DNA of 64,000 bases from Eledone cirrhosa (GCA_964016885.1 OZ024740.1:366482001-366546000); one strand, 5' to 3'. Counted from the stretch's first letter, positions 38,109 to 52,519 are shown. Notes: generated from the sequence alone by a model not told the origin. Made by a program: numbers and translations.

Positions 38109-39037
38109 TACGATCTATACGTGGATATTTTACGTCTCGATGTGGGAGCTAAGTATATGTTTTGTTTATACCTTTATTTATTTGCATAGGTAAGTATATA
38201 TTATCCGTATGTTTTGTGAAGGTACGTATACCTTCTCGTATGTATATTTGATTATTATGGCGTATAATTTTTTATATATTCTGGTACATATGGTTCGGCT
38301 ATGTGTATACGGGAGTTTTGCGTCTGTGTGAATATGCAGGTTCGTACGTATGTAGGGCGTGTGTATACGTGTACTTCATGTTTTGGTTGACTTACGTCTC
38401 CGAACATATGTGTATTTACATGTAGGTATGTGTGTGCGGTTGTTATATACGTATTTATTTATTTATATACGTTTATATAATTATTTATTTATTTGTATTC
38501 ACGCTTACACACCCACACATATTTATATGTGCGTGGTTTTGTTTACCTATGGTAAGTTTTTGCGTATGCTTGTGTATGTACGTTTTTGTTTGCGTGTATG
38601 TATTTATTTATTTCTATTACTTCTGTATTGTATTTATTTACTTTGTTCTTAACTCCGTAGCGGAGATTCATTCGATCTCCTAGTTAGAATTTAGTCTAGG
38701 ACTTCTGCTATACCACTTACGTGGTTTTGTCTTTGGGTGCTATTGTTCTCCACGCTCCACATATGACGTATTATCTTCGTTTTTTTCGTTCATTGCCAGA
38801 GAACGTCTCTATGCACCACCTAAGAGAACATTAATCTATGACCTCTTTTATACCATAAACGTGGTTCTGTCTTTGCGCGTAATTGTTTTTCACCGCTCCA
38901 ATTAATGACGTATTATTCGTTTTATCCCGTTCTTTGCCAGCGAACGTTTCCACGAACCAAAGTATCGTCTTCCTGTCTTCCTCCGGTTGCAACGTTTTTT
39001 GAAATATCCACTTCTGCGTTTACAGATTGACTTTGTT

Positions 39038-39088
39038 AGTTTCAGAAGATCCCGTTAAGGGTGAAAGCAGCGATTCTTTGCTTAAACT
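39038..39088 (+). ncRNA. Hammerhead-like motif in the pLTR with a non-canonical CAGAAGA core
   Basis: agttt CAGAAGA t ccc-gttaa-ggg t GAAA gca...tgc TT aaact. Identical in the inverted copies at ~682-732 and ~36744-36794. Confidence 0.55.
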
Positions 39089-39194
39089 TTAATCTGTTAT
39101 TTTAATAAATATTTGCTCTACGGTTCTTATATATTTGATATATATTTATCCTTATCGAGCCCTCTTTGGATTTTAGTCATCAATTTATTATTAT

Positions 39195-39260
<66 letters not shown>

Positions 39261-39267
<7 letters not shown>

Positions 39268-39486
39268 AGTAATATGACAGGAGGCCAAATATGTTGAATT
39301 TCTTTAATTATTTATTTCGGCAAACACTATGCACATTTCAGTGGCCAGGTTGTGTAACAGACTGGTGACATCTTCAGGTGTAAAATGCGTAATAGATATA
39401 TACCAATGGAATGTGCATAGTTTTTGCAAAAATAAATAATTAAGGAAATTCAACATATTTGGCCTCTTATCATTTTACTTTATAAT
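39261..39486. repeat. Inverted repeat with a minus-strand hammerhead (39324-39381)
   Basis: Arms 39261-~39338 / ~39409-39486. Minus strand reads acac CTGAAGA ..ccag..ctgg.. GAAA tgtgc ATA gtgt. Confidence 0.7.
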
Positions 39487-40706
39487 ACATTTGACTCCGC
39501 TCCTGCACTGCCAACATGATTCAACATCAAAGATGGATGAGTTGGATAACGTCGAGTGCTTTTCTCATATCACGTCATCGTTAACATTACAGAATGACTA
39601 ATTCTGCCCAGTGGTAAACCACCAAATTTAAACAAATAATGCTCCTTATCTAGTTGAGCGCTTTATGATGTAATGGAAAACAGAGGCCTTTACACCGATG
39701 TGGGACCTTTACCACGTGGGATTGATACCATACCAGTAGGATTTTTTCTGATGAAAACAAGCCTGCCTCACAACTCTTACCACACCCTGAATTAATACAT
39801 ATCCACATTTGGAATAATCAAAACTCCGTAGAACTTTAGAAATTCTTTTAAGCATCTGCATAACCCTTCTCTTCCTGATGTCCTATATCTTATATTGACT
39901 TAATTTTACCTTTATGGTTCTTGGTTTCTAGGTATTTACATAAACAGTTACTGCTCAAACCATACACTCCATCTCACCTGATATCACCTCTATTCATATA
40001 TCTATTCTTTTATTCTATTCATTTAAAATTATACACCTCAAACTATATCATTTTAAACTTAATTTTTAATTCTTAAACTTCACTGTTTTTAAACTTTACT
40101 GTTTTTAAACTTTACTGTTTTTTAAGTTCTGCTGTTTATTTGTTTATCTGTTACACAAAATTTGTTATTTTGTATTCCTATATCTTATATTTTATATTTT
40201 TTATTTTTATTTTTTATTCTATATATTTTTTACTCCCATGACTACCATTTTGTATATGCTTGCAATTAGATTTTTTATAGACATTTTACTCATCCTTTAC
40301 TTAAATTCTTTTACTCTCTATGTCCCTGATACGTTATACTTTCTATTAATTAAATACTCTTCCGCATTTTTACCATTAACTATATGTATATTTATTCGAT
40401 TAATTATCCCCCCCCCCCCCCCTGGGATACACTCGCTATACTCGCTATATGATAGTGTCTTCATATTATAGTGATAGCTTGGTTTGAATGTTTGTACCTT
40501 GCCTATGTGGATTACATCCAATATGAATCTAAGACTGACCAGTGCATGGAACCTAGGGGCAGCTAGGGATTGTGTATAGGTTATTCTGTCTCATTAAATC
40601 TTGCATAGATCAGTTTTGATACTTCTTGACTTTATCATTAACTTCATTAGTATAGATAAATAAGAATACATGGCATATATCACGACACTGGCAGGTAAGC
40701 AGTATA

Positions 40707-40750
40707 CGGTACTGATGAAGGGTGATACCCAGAAACATTAGTGTCTGCTG
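40707..40750 (+). ncRNA. Type I hammerhead ribozyme
   Basis: cggta CTGATGA a gggt-gat-accc a GAAAC attagt GTC tgctg. Confidence 0.75.
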
Positions 40751-41100
40751 TTCTGTTTATATGCCAACACAAAAGCAAGAATGATGAGGTCATTCTACTC
40801 ACGTGGCTTAAAGAGGCTGTTTGCATAATTGCAAACAAATCGAATATTATTATTAATATTTGAAAAACTCACATTACATTTATTGTATTCAGCGATGTTC
40901 AGCGATGAACTACTTGTTTGTTATATATATATATATATAAGGCTACATACAATTTAAAAAAAAAAATACAAGAATTCCTAATGTGCAAGTTTATCCACAT
41001 GTAGAGTGAGATGAATCTGTTGAGGTATCTATATCTTATTTATTTCTGACAAGTTCCATTAGGATGAAACATATATAAATTAACTACTTGTTTGTTATAA

Positions 41101-41148
<48 letters not shown>

Positions 41149-41318
41149 CAAACAAGTAGTTCATCGCTGTACATCGTTGAATATAATAAATGTAATGTGA
41201 GTTTTTCAAATATTAATAATAATATTCGATTTGTTTGCAATTATGCAAACAGCCTCTTTAAGCCACGTGAGTAGAATGACCTCATCATTCTTGCTTTTGT
41301 GTTGGCATATAAACAGAA

Positions 41319-41362
41319 CAGCAGACACTAATGTTTCTGGGTATCACCCTTCATCAGTACCG
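41319..41362 (-). ncRNA. Type I hammerhead ribozyme (inverted copy)
   Basis: Reverse complement of 40707-40750. Confidence 0.75.
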
Positions 41363-41490
41363 TATACCGCTTACCTGCCAGTGTCGTGATATATGCCATG
41401 TATTCTTATTTATCCATACTAATGAAGTTAATGATAAAGTCAAGAAGTATCAAAACTGACCTACGCAAGATTTATATATATATATATATA

Positions 41491-43169
41491 TCATCATCAT
41501 CATCATCATCAACGTTTAACGTCCGTGTTCCACGCTTGCATGGGTTTGGACGGGGGTAGTCCCACTTGAGGCAAGAGTGATTGTCTTGCTCGCATAGGAC
41601 TGTCTGGCAGGTTTTCTACAGTTGGATGCCCTTCCTAACACCAACCACATTTACAGTGTGGGTCTGGGAGGTTTTTACCGTGTTGCCTACACGGCCACAT
41701 TACAGCGTGGACTGTGTGTTTTTTTGTCGTGACACCTACACGATCTCATTTCTTTCGGCCTGGATGGTGTGGCACCAACATAACTTTACATAGAACGGGG
41801 TGGTGTGGATGGGGTGGGGGTGTGTGGGGGGGTATTTTGTTAGAGATGCCTACTGGCTGTAGTAGGTTTTACTATGTATTTAGGTAAGGCGGGTCTTCTC
41901 TGTTACTGAGTACCGCCAAAGGTCTCGGTCCAGTGACATTGTCTTGGAGAGGTGTAAGTGTGTGAGGTCGGAGTTTATCAGCTCGTCCCAGGTTTTTCTA
42001 GGTCTGCCTATTCCGTGGCTACCGTCTATCTTTATTGCCCTGCACTTTGTTATACAGCTATCGACTTTCATGCGCATCACGTGTCCATACCAACGTAGCC
42101 TTCTCTCGAGTAAACAACATCTGATCCCTCTTATTTCTAATTTTTTCCTTAGTTCGTTTATGCTTTGCCGTTCACGTATATTACTGTTACACATCCAGCG
42201 GAGCATGCAAGCTTCGTTCCTCTCTAGTCTGCGTATATCCTCTGCACACAATGCCCAGGTCTCACTGCCATGCAACATTGCTGTTCGTATGCAGGCATCG
42301 TACAACCTGCCTTTCATTTTTAGGGAGAACCCTTTAGCAGCTAATAGTGGTATAAGCTCTCTGAACTTTTTCCAACCAGTTCTGACTCTAGCTACTGTAC
42401 TTTCAGAGCACCCTCCCCCACTGCTGATTTTATCACCCAGGTAACGGAAGCTGTCCACTATTTCTATAGAACCCTCTGCGCAATTGAAAGAGCTAGTATT
42501 TTGTGGGCACTTGCTGCTACTTATTGCACCAGAGCACCGGCCACATGTAAAATCTATGTTCTTAGTTAGCTTACCTGTGAACCCACTACATCTTTTATGC
42601 ACCCATACTTTGCATTTAGGACATAAAATGGAGTTTCTACCTACGCCTTTCTTACACACCGAGCACGACCATTTCCCAGAAGGGACCGCCGCCTTATTTT
42701 CTTTCCTACAAACTAGAACTTTAGTCTTAGCCAGGTTAATTTTAAGTCCTTTTGATTCTAGGCCGTGCTTCCATGTTTGGAATTTCTTCTCTAGCTCGGC
42801 CATTGATTCCGCTATGAGTGTCAGGTCGTCTGCGTATAGGAGTTCCCATGGGCAGCCGGTCTTGAACTCCTCTGTTATAGCCTGAAGGGCAATAATAAAT
42901 AGTAGGGGGCTGAGAACAGAGCCCTGATGGACGCCAACTTTTACGCTAAACTCTTCACTATATTCGTTGTTAATTCTAACCTTGCTGACTGTTTCTTTAT
43001 ACATGGCTTGTATAGCTCTCACAAGCCATTCGTCAACGACTAGTTTTCTAAGAGCCCACCAGATAATGGAGCGGAGGACTCTGTCGAAGGCTTTCTCCAA
43101 GTCGACAAAAGCTAAGTAGAGGGGTTTATCTTTAGCTAGGTACTTCTCCTGTAGTTGTCGTACAATGAA

Positions 43170-43170
<1 letters not shown>
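41491..43170 (-). mobile_element. 5'-truncated family B RTE LINE with an open ORF remnant (41880-43100)
   Basis: EKAFDRV, GVHQGSVLSP, YADD, PHD-like finger, FRYLG. 3' UTR without duplication, (GAT)n tail, (TA)n on both sides. Confidence 0.93.
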
Positions 43171-43244
<74 letters not shown>

Positions 43245-43333
43245 AATTTGTTTTCAAATATAAAAACTGGAAAGATGTAGGTGAAAAGGTTATATCAGCT
43301 CAAAATATGATATTTATTGCAATAAACTGTACA

Positions 43334-43478
43334 TAAGGCTACATACAATTTAAAAAAAAAAATACAAGAATTCCTAATGTGCAAGTTTATCCACATGTAG
43401 AGTGAGATGAATCTGTTGAGGTATCTATATCTTATTTAATTCTGACAAGTTCCATTAGGATGAAACATATATAAATTA
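43334..43478 (+). repeat. Near-identical direct copy of 40937-41082, with a decayed hammerhead
   Basis: taaggctacatacaattt...gaaacatatataaattaa; motif tttaatt CTGACAA..tcc-atta-gga..GAAAC atat ATA aattaaa. Confidence 0.8.
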
Positions 43479-43539
43479 AATTGATATAATTAACAGTGTT
43501 TGGTAATATATTTAATCTTATATATATATATACACACCC

Positions 43540-43890
43540 CAACCCCCTACCCCTACTCCATCCTCCCACTAACAGCTCCCTTTCTCTGTAAAGTTATGTT
43601 GGTACCACAGAACATCCAGTCCAAACTAAAGAGGTTATGTAGGTGTCACAACAAAAAAAGCACCCAGTCCACACTGTAAAGTGATCGTGTAGGAGACACG
43701 GTAAAAAGGCTCCCAGTCCACACTGCAAATATGGTTGGTGTTAGGAAGTGCATCCAGCCTTAGAAAACTTGCCAGATACAATCCTATATGAGTGAGACAC
43801 GGTCACCCGATCAATCTTGCGACAAGTGGAACAATTCTCGTCTAACCCATGCTATCGTGGAAGATAGATCTTAAAAGATGATGATGATGA
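43540..43890 (+). mobile_element. Family B 3' UTR-only fragment
   Basis: Diverged match to 50100-50566, ending in (GAT)n. Confidence 0.7.
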
Positions 43891-44472
43891 TATATATATA
43901 TATGAAAGTGCATGGCTTGCTGGGTAAGTTGTTCGTTCTCAACCATAAGGTCATGAGTTTGATTCCTAACTTTGCATTTAAACCTTGAACAAGACATTTT
44001 ATTTCATGTTGGCCCTAGTCCACTCACCTTGCAAAAAGGAGTTGTGTCTTTAAGTGCCACTCTTGTCACATCCTGTGTCACGCTGAACCTTTGTCTGTCT
44101 GTCTCTTACTCTCTGTCTGTGCTGTGTGAGTATACATCATGCAGAATGGTGCCTCAGGGTATTTTTTCCACATTCCATCTGTTACAAATGGTTTATTTCA
44201 AATATACCTGAAACATTAAACGAGCACCATTATATTTTCAGCACAATTGACAGCATATGTCACTAGGATAACTGGAAAGGCAGTATTGAAAACAGAAATG
44301 GAGGAGATACACACACACACACATGCTAAGTAAAGACTTGAAACACATACCTATGGCTTACTGGGTGAACACATTGCCAATTATACTACAGGGATATAGA
44401 TGTATAAACATATATTGTAAAATGCAATGCTATTTCAAATGCATCTGAAGCAGCATGCAGTCACTTGGAATG

Positions 44473-44504
<32 letters not shown>

Positions 44505-44865
44505 TGTATGTATGTATGTATGTATGTATGTATGTATGTATGTACGCATGTGTGTGAGTCTCTGTGTGTGTGTGTTCACATGTGTGCATAAAATAATCTT
44601 TGAGCTCTACCCTGATTTCTGGCTTCTATATTCTTTGAACCATAAAACCAGTATACATAAATATGTGTCAATATACATACACCAAGTAACAGCAATCATA
44701 TGTTATGCTGTCATATCTGGTGTATATCGATGGTACTATATATCTGGTGTATATCGATGCTGTCATATCTGGTGTATATCGATGAAATATTATTGCGTTA
44801 TGCAACAACGTATGCAAATATTTCTGCAATGTAAATTTACAATGTATGCATATATATATATATAT

Positions 44866-45185
44866 GGAGGCACATGGCTTAGTGGTTAGAGCATTGGCAT
44901 TGCAATCAAAAGGTTGTGAGTTCAATTCTCAAACCGGGTGATGTGTTGTTTCCTTGAGCAAGACACTTTATTTCAAATTGCTCCAGTTTACTCAGCTGTA
45001 GAAATGATTCCACTGCAAAGTGGTCGTGGAGGTGCCACGGCAAAAAAGCACCCAGCACTCACTGTAAATGAGGTTGGTGTTAGGAAGGGCATCCAGCTGT
45101 AGAAATTAAGCCAGCATCAGTTCCCGTCCCACTCTTGCAAGCAGGGAAAAAGCGGACGTAAAATGAAATGATGAATGATGATGAT
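44866..45185 (+). mobile_element. CORE-like tRNA-derived SINE with family A RTE tail
   Basis: Close match to 2445-2794. Confidence 0.85.
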
Positions 45186-45309
45186 ATTGTTTAATATAGA
45201 AAGGGCTTCTACAGAACTAGAACTGTTTCATTCGAAGGAAAACATCAGGAAAGCCAAAGCCCTGAAACAGTTCTAGTCCTGTAGAAGCCATTTCTATATG
45301 AAACATTAT
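45185..45309. repeat. Short inverted repeat with hammerhead 3'-half motif
   Basis: ggcttctacagaactagaactgtttca / tgaaacagttctagtcctgtagaagcc. Confidence 0.7.
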
Positions 45310-45477
45310 ATACTCTACTATGTATTGAGTACCTTACTGTGGTTACCCCTAATTGAACCCTGGCCACACACACATTTATATGTGTGTGTATATATATATA
45401 TCAGAATCTATCAAATAACATAAACGTTTACCAAACATGTATCCATATAATCTCAAGCCCGAAAATGCAATTAAATT

Positions 45478-45532
<55 letters not shown>

Positions 45533-46422
45533 TGTGTATGCTGTGTATGGTGTGCATGTGTGTGTGTATCTAGAATTATGCAGTTACCTTAATTTTGCAC
45601 ATGGAGTTTACTTTTTACTTTGAATTCTCTGTGGTTGGTGTCAGGAAGGGGATCCAGCTGTAGAAATCAACCCAGAATCAGTTCTATATGAGCAGGACTC
45701 TGTGATCTGACTTGGTTTGTCTCACAACAGGACAACTCGTCCAACCTATGCTAGTGTAGAAAAATAGTTGTTAAATGATGATGATGATGATATATATATA
45801 TATATATCTAGATGCCCTTTCTAATGTCAACTACTTTACACCATATACTGGGAGCATTTTATCTTGACTCTGGTACAATGACTTTACAGGGTGGCATGGG
45901 TGCTTTTTCTCATGGCACAAGCACAACCTCTTCTCAACATTAGGGTGACTGTTGGGTCCTTGGCCAGGCTGGGGAGGCATTGATAGGAGCGGAGGTGGTA
46001 AAAAATAAAAGCGGTGTAATCAATATGATGCACGACATGAGACAGTGTGTGGGGGACGGTCATCTCAACATGGGGGAAGGAAGCATCAGGTCATGGGGGT
46101 GGCATTATAATGTGGGATGTGTCCAGCCTTCCATGTTCACATGGGTTTGATGAGGAGTGTGTGTGTATGTGTGTGTATATATCTATATATAATGGTCCAA
46201 CCCATGCCAGCATGGAAAGCGTATGTAAAATGATGATTGCAGAGTTTTTTACTTGTAAATTTTGCAGTATTATTTGTGACACAAGTGACCCTACTTCTCT
46301 TTTGCTGAGTTGCACCATCCATCTATCCATCGATCCATATATATATTCTTGCTCTTTCAAGTGTTAAACTAATATATTTCTTCGATATACTGAACCGATT
46401 GTGTTATTTTTGTTTAACTTTT

Positions 46423-46550
<128 letters not shown>

Positions 46551-46604
46551 CATCATCATCATCATTTCATTTTACGTCCACTTTTTCCATGCTTGCAAGG
46601 GTGG

Positions 46605-46664
<60 letters not shown>

Positions 46665-49600
46665 CAAAACAAATCTTGTATTATTTTTTATGCTTGTTAG
46701 ATTATGCCCAAAATACGGGGATCTTATTTAAACCTTAACCTTCTCGCTAACTACCCACTATCCCTACCACCCGCCCCCACGAACCACCATTATTACGTGG
46801 GCCAATCATAAGTCAGCGGCCTATGCTATCACTTACCTGGTTGCCTTTCGATATGATGGATGGACTACGGAATTCTGGAGAGTTTGAAAAGAAAAAATCT
46901 GGACACTCAGTGATAATGCCAAAGATAAAGACAAATTCACCTCATGCTGCCGGACGAGAATGCAAGGACTCCTCCTCCTTGTTTCGGCCGCGGATGGCTA
47001 ACATAACCCCCCCCCCCCCCCCCTGCGCCCCACCGCTCCCACCCTCCAAACGCAATCCAAAACTTCAGAGTTGGTACCATGAATGTAGGCACCTTAAAGG
47101 GTCACTCTAACGAGGTTATAGAAATGCTTGAACGTAAGGAGGTCGATGTTTGTTGTATTCAAGAGACCAGGTGGAGGGGAGGATCTGCTAGATTCATTGT
47201 GGGTAAAGAACGATGTTATAAGCTTTTCTGGGTGGGAAATGACAATGGGCTGGGTGGAGTAGGATCATGGTAGCAGAAAAGTGGGCAGATAAGTTAATAG
47301 ACGTAAATAGAGTGAACGACAGAATAATTAAAATAAGACTTGTCCTCAATAGAACTACTGTGACAATAATATCTGCATATGCACCACAATCCGGACTGCC
47401 TGGCGTTATAAAAGACAGATTCTATGAGACGTTAATGCTCACTACCTCCCAAATAACCGACAGTGACTACGTAGTTATCGCTGGCAACCTAAATGGTCAC
47501 GTTGGACAACATTGTGACGGCTATGACGGAATCCATGGAGTCTATGGGTTTGGTACTAGAAATGAGGAAGGCTCCAGAATCCTGGAATTCTGTGACGCAA
47601 ATAGCCTAACTATCTGTAACACTAACTTCAGAAAACGAGAAAATCACTTGATCACCTATAGATCGGGGGAACACACAAGCCAGGTAGATTATATCCTTAC
47701 CAGGAGACGTGACAGAGTGTCTGTTGTAAACACTAAATCCCTCCCCCATGAAGAATGCACCTCTCAACATAGACTCATAATTAGCGACCACATAGTCAGG
47801 ACGAGACGTACTCGACAACAGAAGAGGACTATCCTCAGGAGAAAAATATGGAAGTTAAAAGACTCCACAGCCAGTCGTAGTAAGGAAGAGCAATTAGAGT
47901 CGTACAATATAGAGGAACAGTGGGAATTCCTGAAAGCTAACCTGCTGAAGGCGACAGATGAAACCTGTGGATGGAGCAGACCTATAGGCAGGAGGAGAGT
48001 AACTTGGTGGTGGAACAGTTAGGTGGAGGGGTCAATCAAGGCCAAAAAGCAGGCTTGGAAAGCATGGCGGGATGGGGGAAGTAGAGAAGACTATCAAGTG
48101 GCCAGGAGGGAAGCTAGGAGACAAGTGTACTTCGCAAAAAGGGAAGCAGAGGAAAGAAAGTTCAAGCATGTTCTAAAACGTGAGGTGTTCAGGATTGCTA
48201 GGCAATGTGTCAAGGAAAACCGTGATATTGTCGGGGAGAAGTGTGTCCTTAATGATGATAGTGCACTTGCCATCACTGACGCTGATAAGAAGGTAGCTTG
48301 GAAGTGTCACTACGAAAGGCTACTAAATGAGGAGAATAATTGGGAGAAAGACAGTCTCCCCCACATCGATCCAATAGAGGGACCAGCAGTGCAAGTTGAA
48401 GGTAATATAATAAGTAAGGCGATCAAAGACATGAAGACGGGCAAGGCGGCCGGGCCTTCGGAAATAGTTGCTGAGATGCTGAAAGCCTCTGGAACGGTGG
48501 GACACACTATGGTCACTCGGATAGTAAACCAAGTCATACAGAATGGGGTCGTTCCGAAGGACTGGACCAGCAGCATCATCATTAACTGCTACAAGGGTAA
48601 AGGTGATGCCCTAGATAGGGGAAACTATAGAGGCATTAAATTAATTGACCAGGTCACAGAAAAAGTAATAGCGCAACTAATCAGAGAGCGAATTGATCTA
48701 GACGAAATGCAGTTCGGGTTTGTGTCAGGTAAAAGTACAACAGACGCTCTCTTCATTGTACGACAACTACAGGAGAAGTACCTAGATAAAAGTAAACCCC
48801 TATACTTAGTCTTTGTTGACTTGGAGAAAGCCTTTGACAGAGTATCCCACTCGATTATCTGGTGAGCTCTTAGAAAACTAGGTGTTGATGAATGGCTTGT
48901 GAGAGCTATACAAGCCATGTATAAAGAAACAGTCAGCAAGGTTAGAATTAACAACGAATATAGTGAAGAGTTTAGCGTAAAAGTTGGTGTTCATCAGGGC
49001 TCCGTCCTTAGCCCCCTACTATTTATTATTGCTCTTCAGGCTATAACAGAGGAGTTCAAGACCGGCTGCCCATGGGAACTCCTATATGCAGATGATCTAA
49101 CGCTCATAGCTGAATCAATGGCGGAACTAGAGAAGAAATTCGAAACATGGAAGCATGGCCTAGAATCAAAAGGCCTTAAAGCTAACTTGTCTAAGACTAA
49201 AGTTCTAGTTTGTAGGAAGGAAAATAGGGCACCGGTCCCATCTGGGAAATGGCCATGCTCAGTGTGCAGGAAAGGAGTAGGCAGAAACTCCATTTTATGT
49301 CCCAAATGCAAAGTATGGGTGCATAAAAGATGTAGTGGGATCACTGGTAAGCTAACTAAGAATATAGATTTTATATGTGGCCGGTGCTCTGGTGCAATAA
49401 GTAGCAGCAAGTGCCCACAAAATACTAGCTCTTTCAATTGCGCAGAGGGTTCTATAGAAATAGTGGACAGCTTCCGTTACCTGGGTGATAAAATCAGCAG
49501 TGGGGGAGGGTGCTCTGAAAGTACAGTAGCTAGAGTCAGAACTGGTTGGAAAAAGTTCAGAGAGCTTATACCACTATTAGCTGCTAAAGGGTTCTCACTA

Positions 49601-50564
49601 AAAATGAAAGGCAGGTTGTACGATGCCTGCATACGAACAGCAATGTTGCATGGCAGTGAGACCTGGGCATTGTGTGCAGAGGATATACGCAGACTGGAGA
49701 GAAACGAAGCTTGCATGCTCCGCTGGGTGTGTAATAGTAATATACGTGAACGGCAAAGCATAAACGAACTAAGGGAGAAAGTAGGAATAAGAGGGATCAG
49801 ATGTTGTTTACTCGAGAGAAAACTACATTGGTACGGTCACGTGGTGCACATGAAAGACGACAGCTGTATAAAAAAGTGCAGGGCGATAAAAATAGACGGT
49901 AGCCACGGAATAGGCAGACCCAGAAAAACCTGGGACGACTTGATAAATTCCGACCTCACACACTTACACCTCTCCAAGACAATGTCACTGGACCGAGATC
50001 TTTGGCGCTACACAGTTATACAGAAGACCCGCCTTGCCTAAGTACAAAGCGAAACCTACAGTCAGTAGGCACCTCTAACAAAATACACCCCGTCCCACTA
50101 CCCCCACCCCATCCACACCACCCCCTTAAATGTGAAGTTATGTTGGTACCACAACATCCAGTCCGAAACAAATGAGGTCGTGTAGGTGTCACGACAAAAA
50201 AACACACAGTCCACGCTGTAATGTGGCCGTGTAGGTAACACGGTAAAAACCTCCCAGTACACACTGTAAACGTGGTTGGTGTTGGGAAGGGCATCCAGCC
50301 GTAGAAAACCCGCCAGACGTGTAGGTGTCACGACAATAAAACTCACAGTCCATGCTGTAATGTGGCCGTGTAGGTAACACGGTAAAAACCTCCCAGTCCA
50401 CACTGTAAACGTGGTTGGTGTTAGGAAGGGCATCCAGCCGTAGAAAACCCGCCAGACAGTCCTGAGCAAGACAACCAATCTTGCCTCAAGTGGGACAATT
50501 CCCGTCCAGACCCATGCTAGCGTGGAAAATGGACGTTAAACGATGATGATGATGATGATGATGA

Positions 50565-50566
<2 letters not shown>
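46665..50566 (+). mobile_element. Near full-length, inactivated family B RTE LINE (EN-RT-PHD) with frameshifts, stops and small deletions
   Basis: Consecutive ORFs 46823, 47079, 47267, 48023 and 48899-50041 align with the 1082-aa ORF. The 5' end matches the array monomer end and lead; the 3' UTR has a 139-bp duplication. Confidence 0.93.
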
Positions 50567-50606
<40 letters not shown>

Positions 50607-51169
50607 AAGACTATGAAGCCGGGTATTGCTCAATGTAGAGTAGGTATATATAAATATAGTGTCTTTTAAGTAAACAGACATACACATATGTATGTATGTA
50701 TTTATGTATGTACGTATGTATGTATACATGGATGTATATATATATATATGTATGTATCTACGTATGTATGTATTTAATGAATGAATGGAAAGGTATTTAC
50801 CTACACACATATATGATCATAATGAAAATAATAGTGATTATACTGCAGCTGATGATGATGATGAAACCCAAAAGCAAACCAATAAAATAAAAGTGAAAAA
50901 AAAAGTACTGCTGTTGCAGCTGTGTTAATGGTGGCTGTGATGGTGGTGGCTGTGTGAGAGGGAAAGATGGATGGAAGGAAGAGGGAAGGGAGACAGAAGT
51001 CATGTAAGATGTTATATAGTGAGACTTTTACATCAGATAGGAATACCGGATGTCTCTAGTCCCCTCGCACCCCTCTCTCTGTAGTCCCTCTGTGCTATCA
51101 GAAATTCACTTACCTTATAGCCTCATAACTACATTGATATTATCTATCACCTGCAAGACACCACAGGTA

Positions 51170-51270
51170 GTAGAAGCAGTAGTGGTGGTGGTGGTGGTAG
51201 TGGTGGTAGTAGTGGTAGTAGTGGTGGTGGTAGTAGTAGTATTAGAAGTAGTAGAAGCAGTAGTGGTGTG

Positions 51271-51327
<57 letters not shown>

Positions 51328-51332
51328 ATGGT
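51170..51332. repeat. (GGT/TAG)n microsatellite
   Basis: Seen directly. Confidence 0.9.
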
Positions 51333-52377
51333 GGTAGGGTTTTTAGATGTAACTTGATCTGTCCTTGCTGAAAGGAATATATAAATAAAAAAGTTAAAAA
51401 AAACCCCTGAGATATTGGCATGGTAGAAGGGGAGAGGAAGAAGGTGTAAGTGTAGTAGTTTGGGAAGATGTCTTCTGTTAGCATCACTCATTACACTCTT
51501 ACCTCCCTCCCTCCTTCCCTCTTTCTCCCCACCCACCTTCTCTTTCTTCTGCCCACTGCCTTTTCTGCACCACCAAGACCACCACCACCACCACCACCAC
51601 CATACCATTTGTTAACAAACTGCAGTGCTATTTCAAGTACACACAAAACAGCATCAAGCACCATCAACATGCGGCTCATTTGACAACATATGATGTTATT
51701 GTTGTCACTTGGCATGTGCACACATGTGTACACACTAATACACACACATATTCACATACATATAAGGGCTCGACATAGTGATCGTAATAGTTCACATGTA
51801 AGAAACAACACTAGTGTTAAAATTAAAGTATAGTATGTCTAGATGTGTTCCTTTTCTGACAACATGACCACAATGTTTCAGCAAAGTGTGTATTTGCTTA
51901 GCTTCACCAGAGAATTTCCTTTTTGATGAAGCTTAGTGGACACACATTTTACTGAAGCCTGTTAATGATGATGATGAACGTGGCATACTAGTCGCAAAGC
52001 AATACAGCCAACCTGGCCCAGGCAGGCATGGGGAAATTCATGTCTAATGATGATGTTGATGTACTCTCATCCCCTTTTAACATCCTTGATACACCTTTCC
52101 CATCCAACCCATGCATGCAAGGAGAGCCAGACACACTCCACATATGCTCTCCCACAGTGCTGGTGGCATGACAACTCAGTCCATCCTGTATAGTGACACA
52201 ACAACAAAAACATCCAGTTCACCATGTAAGGGTGTCATACTGGTGCCACAACAAAAAACACCCAGTCCACTCTGTAATATGGTTATGTACATGTCCAAAA
52301 GCAGATCTTTGGTTTAGCTAACCTCATAACATGAAAACCCATCTAATTCATGCAAGCATGGAAAATAGACATTAAAT

Positions 52378-52496
52378 GAAGAAGAAGAAGAAGAAGAAGA
52401 AGAAGAAGAAGAAGAAGAAGAAGAAGAAGAAGAAGAAGAAGAAGAAGAAGAAGAAGAAGAAGAAGAAGAAGAAGAAGAAGAAGAAGAAGAAGAAGA
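52378..52496. repeat. (GAA)n microsatellite acting as the tail of a short RTE-tail element
   Basis: catgcaagcatggaaaatagacattaaat followed by (gaa)n. Confidence 0.9.
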
Positions 52497-52519
52497 ATGT
52501 GGTGGCGGTGATGGTGATT

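Larger units (their letters stand above)
36723..39198 (+). mobile_element. 5'-truncated Penelope-like element with inverted 5' pLTR segment
   Basis: 36723-36843 is the reverse complement of ~38988-39109. Encodes RT-GIY-YIG. (TA)n on both sides. Confidence 0.9.
40596..41475. repeat. ~330-bp inverted repeat (40596-40925 / 41143-41475), Penelope pLTR-like
   Basis: Arms near-identical; each carries a hammerhead. Confidence 0.85.
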
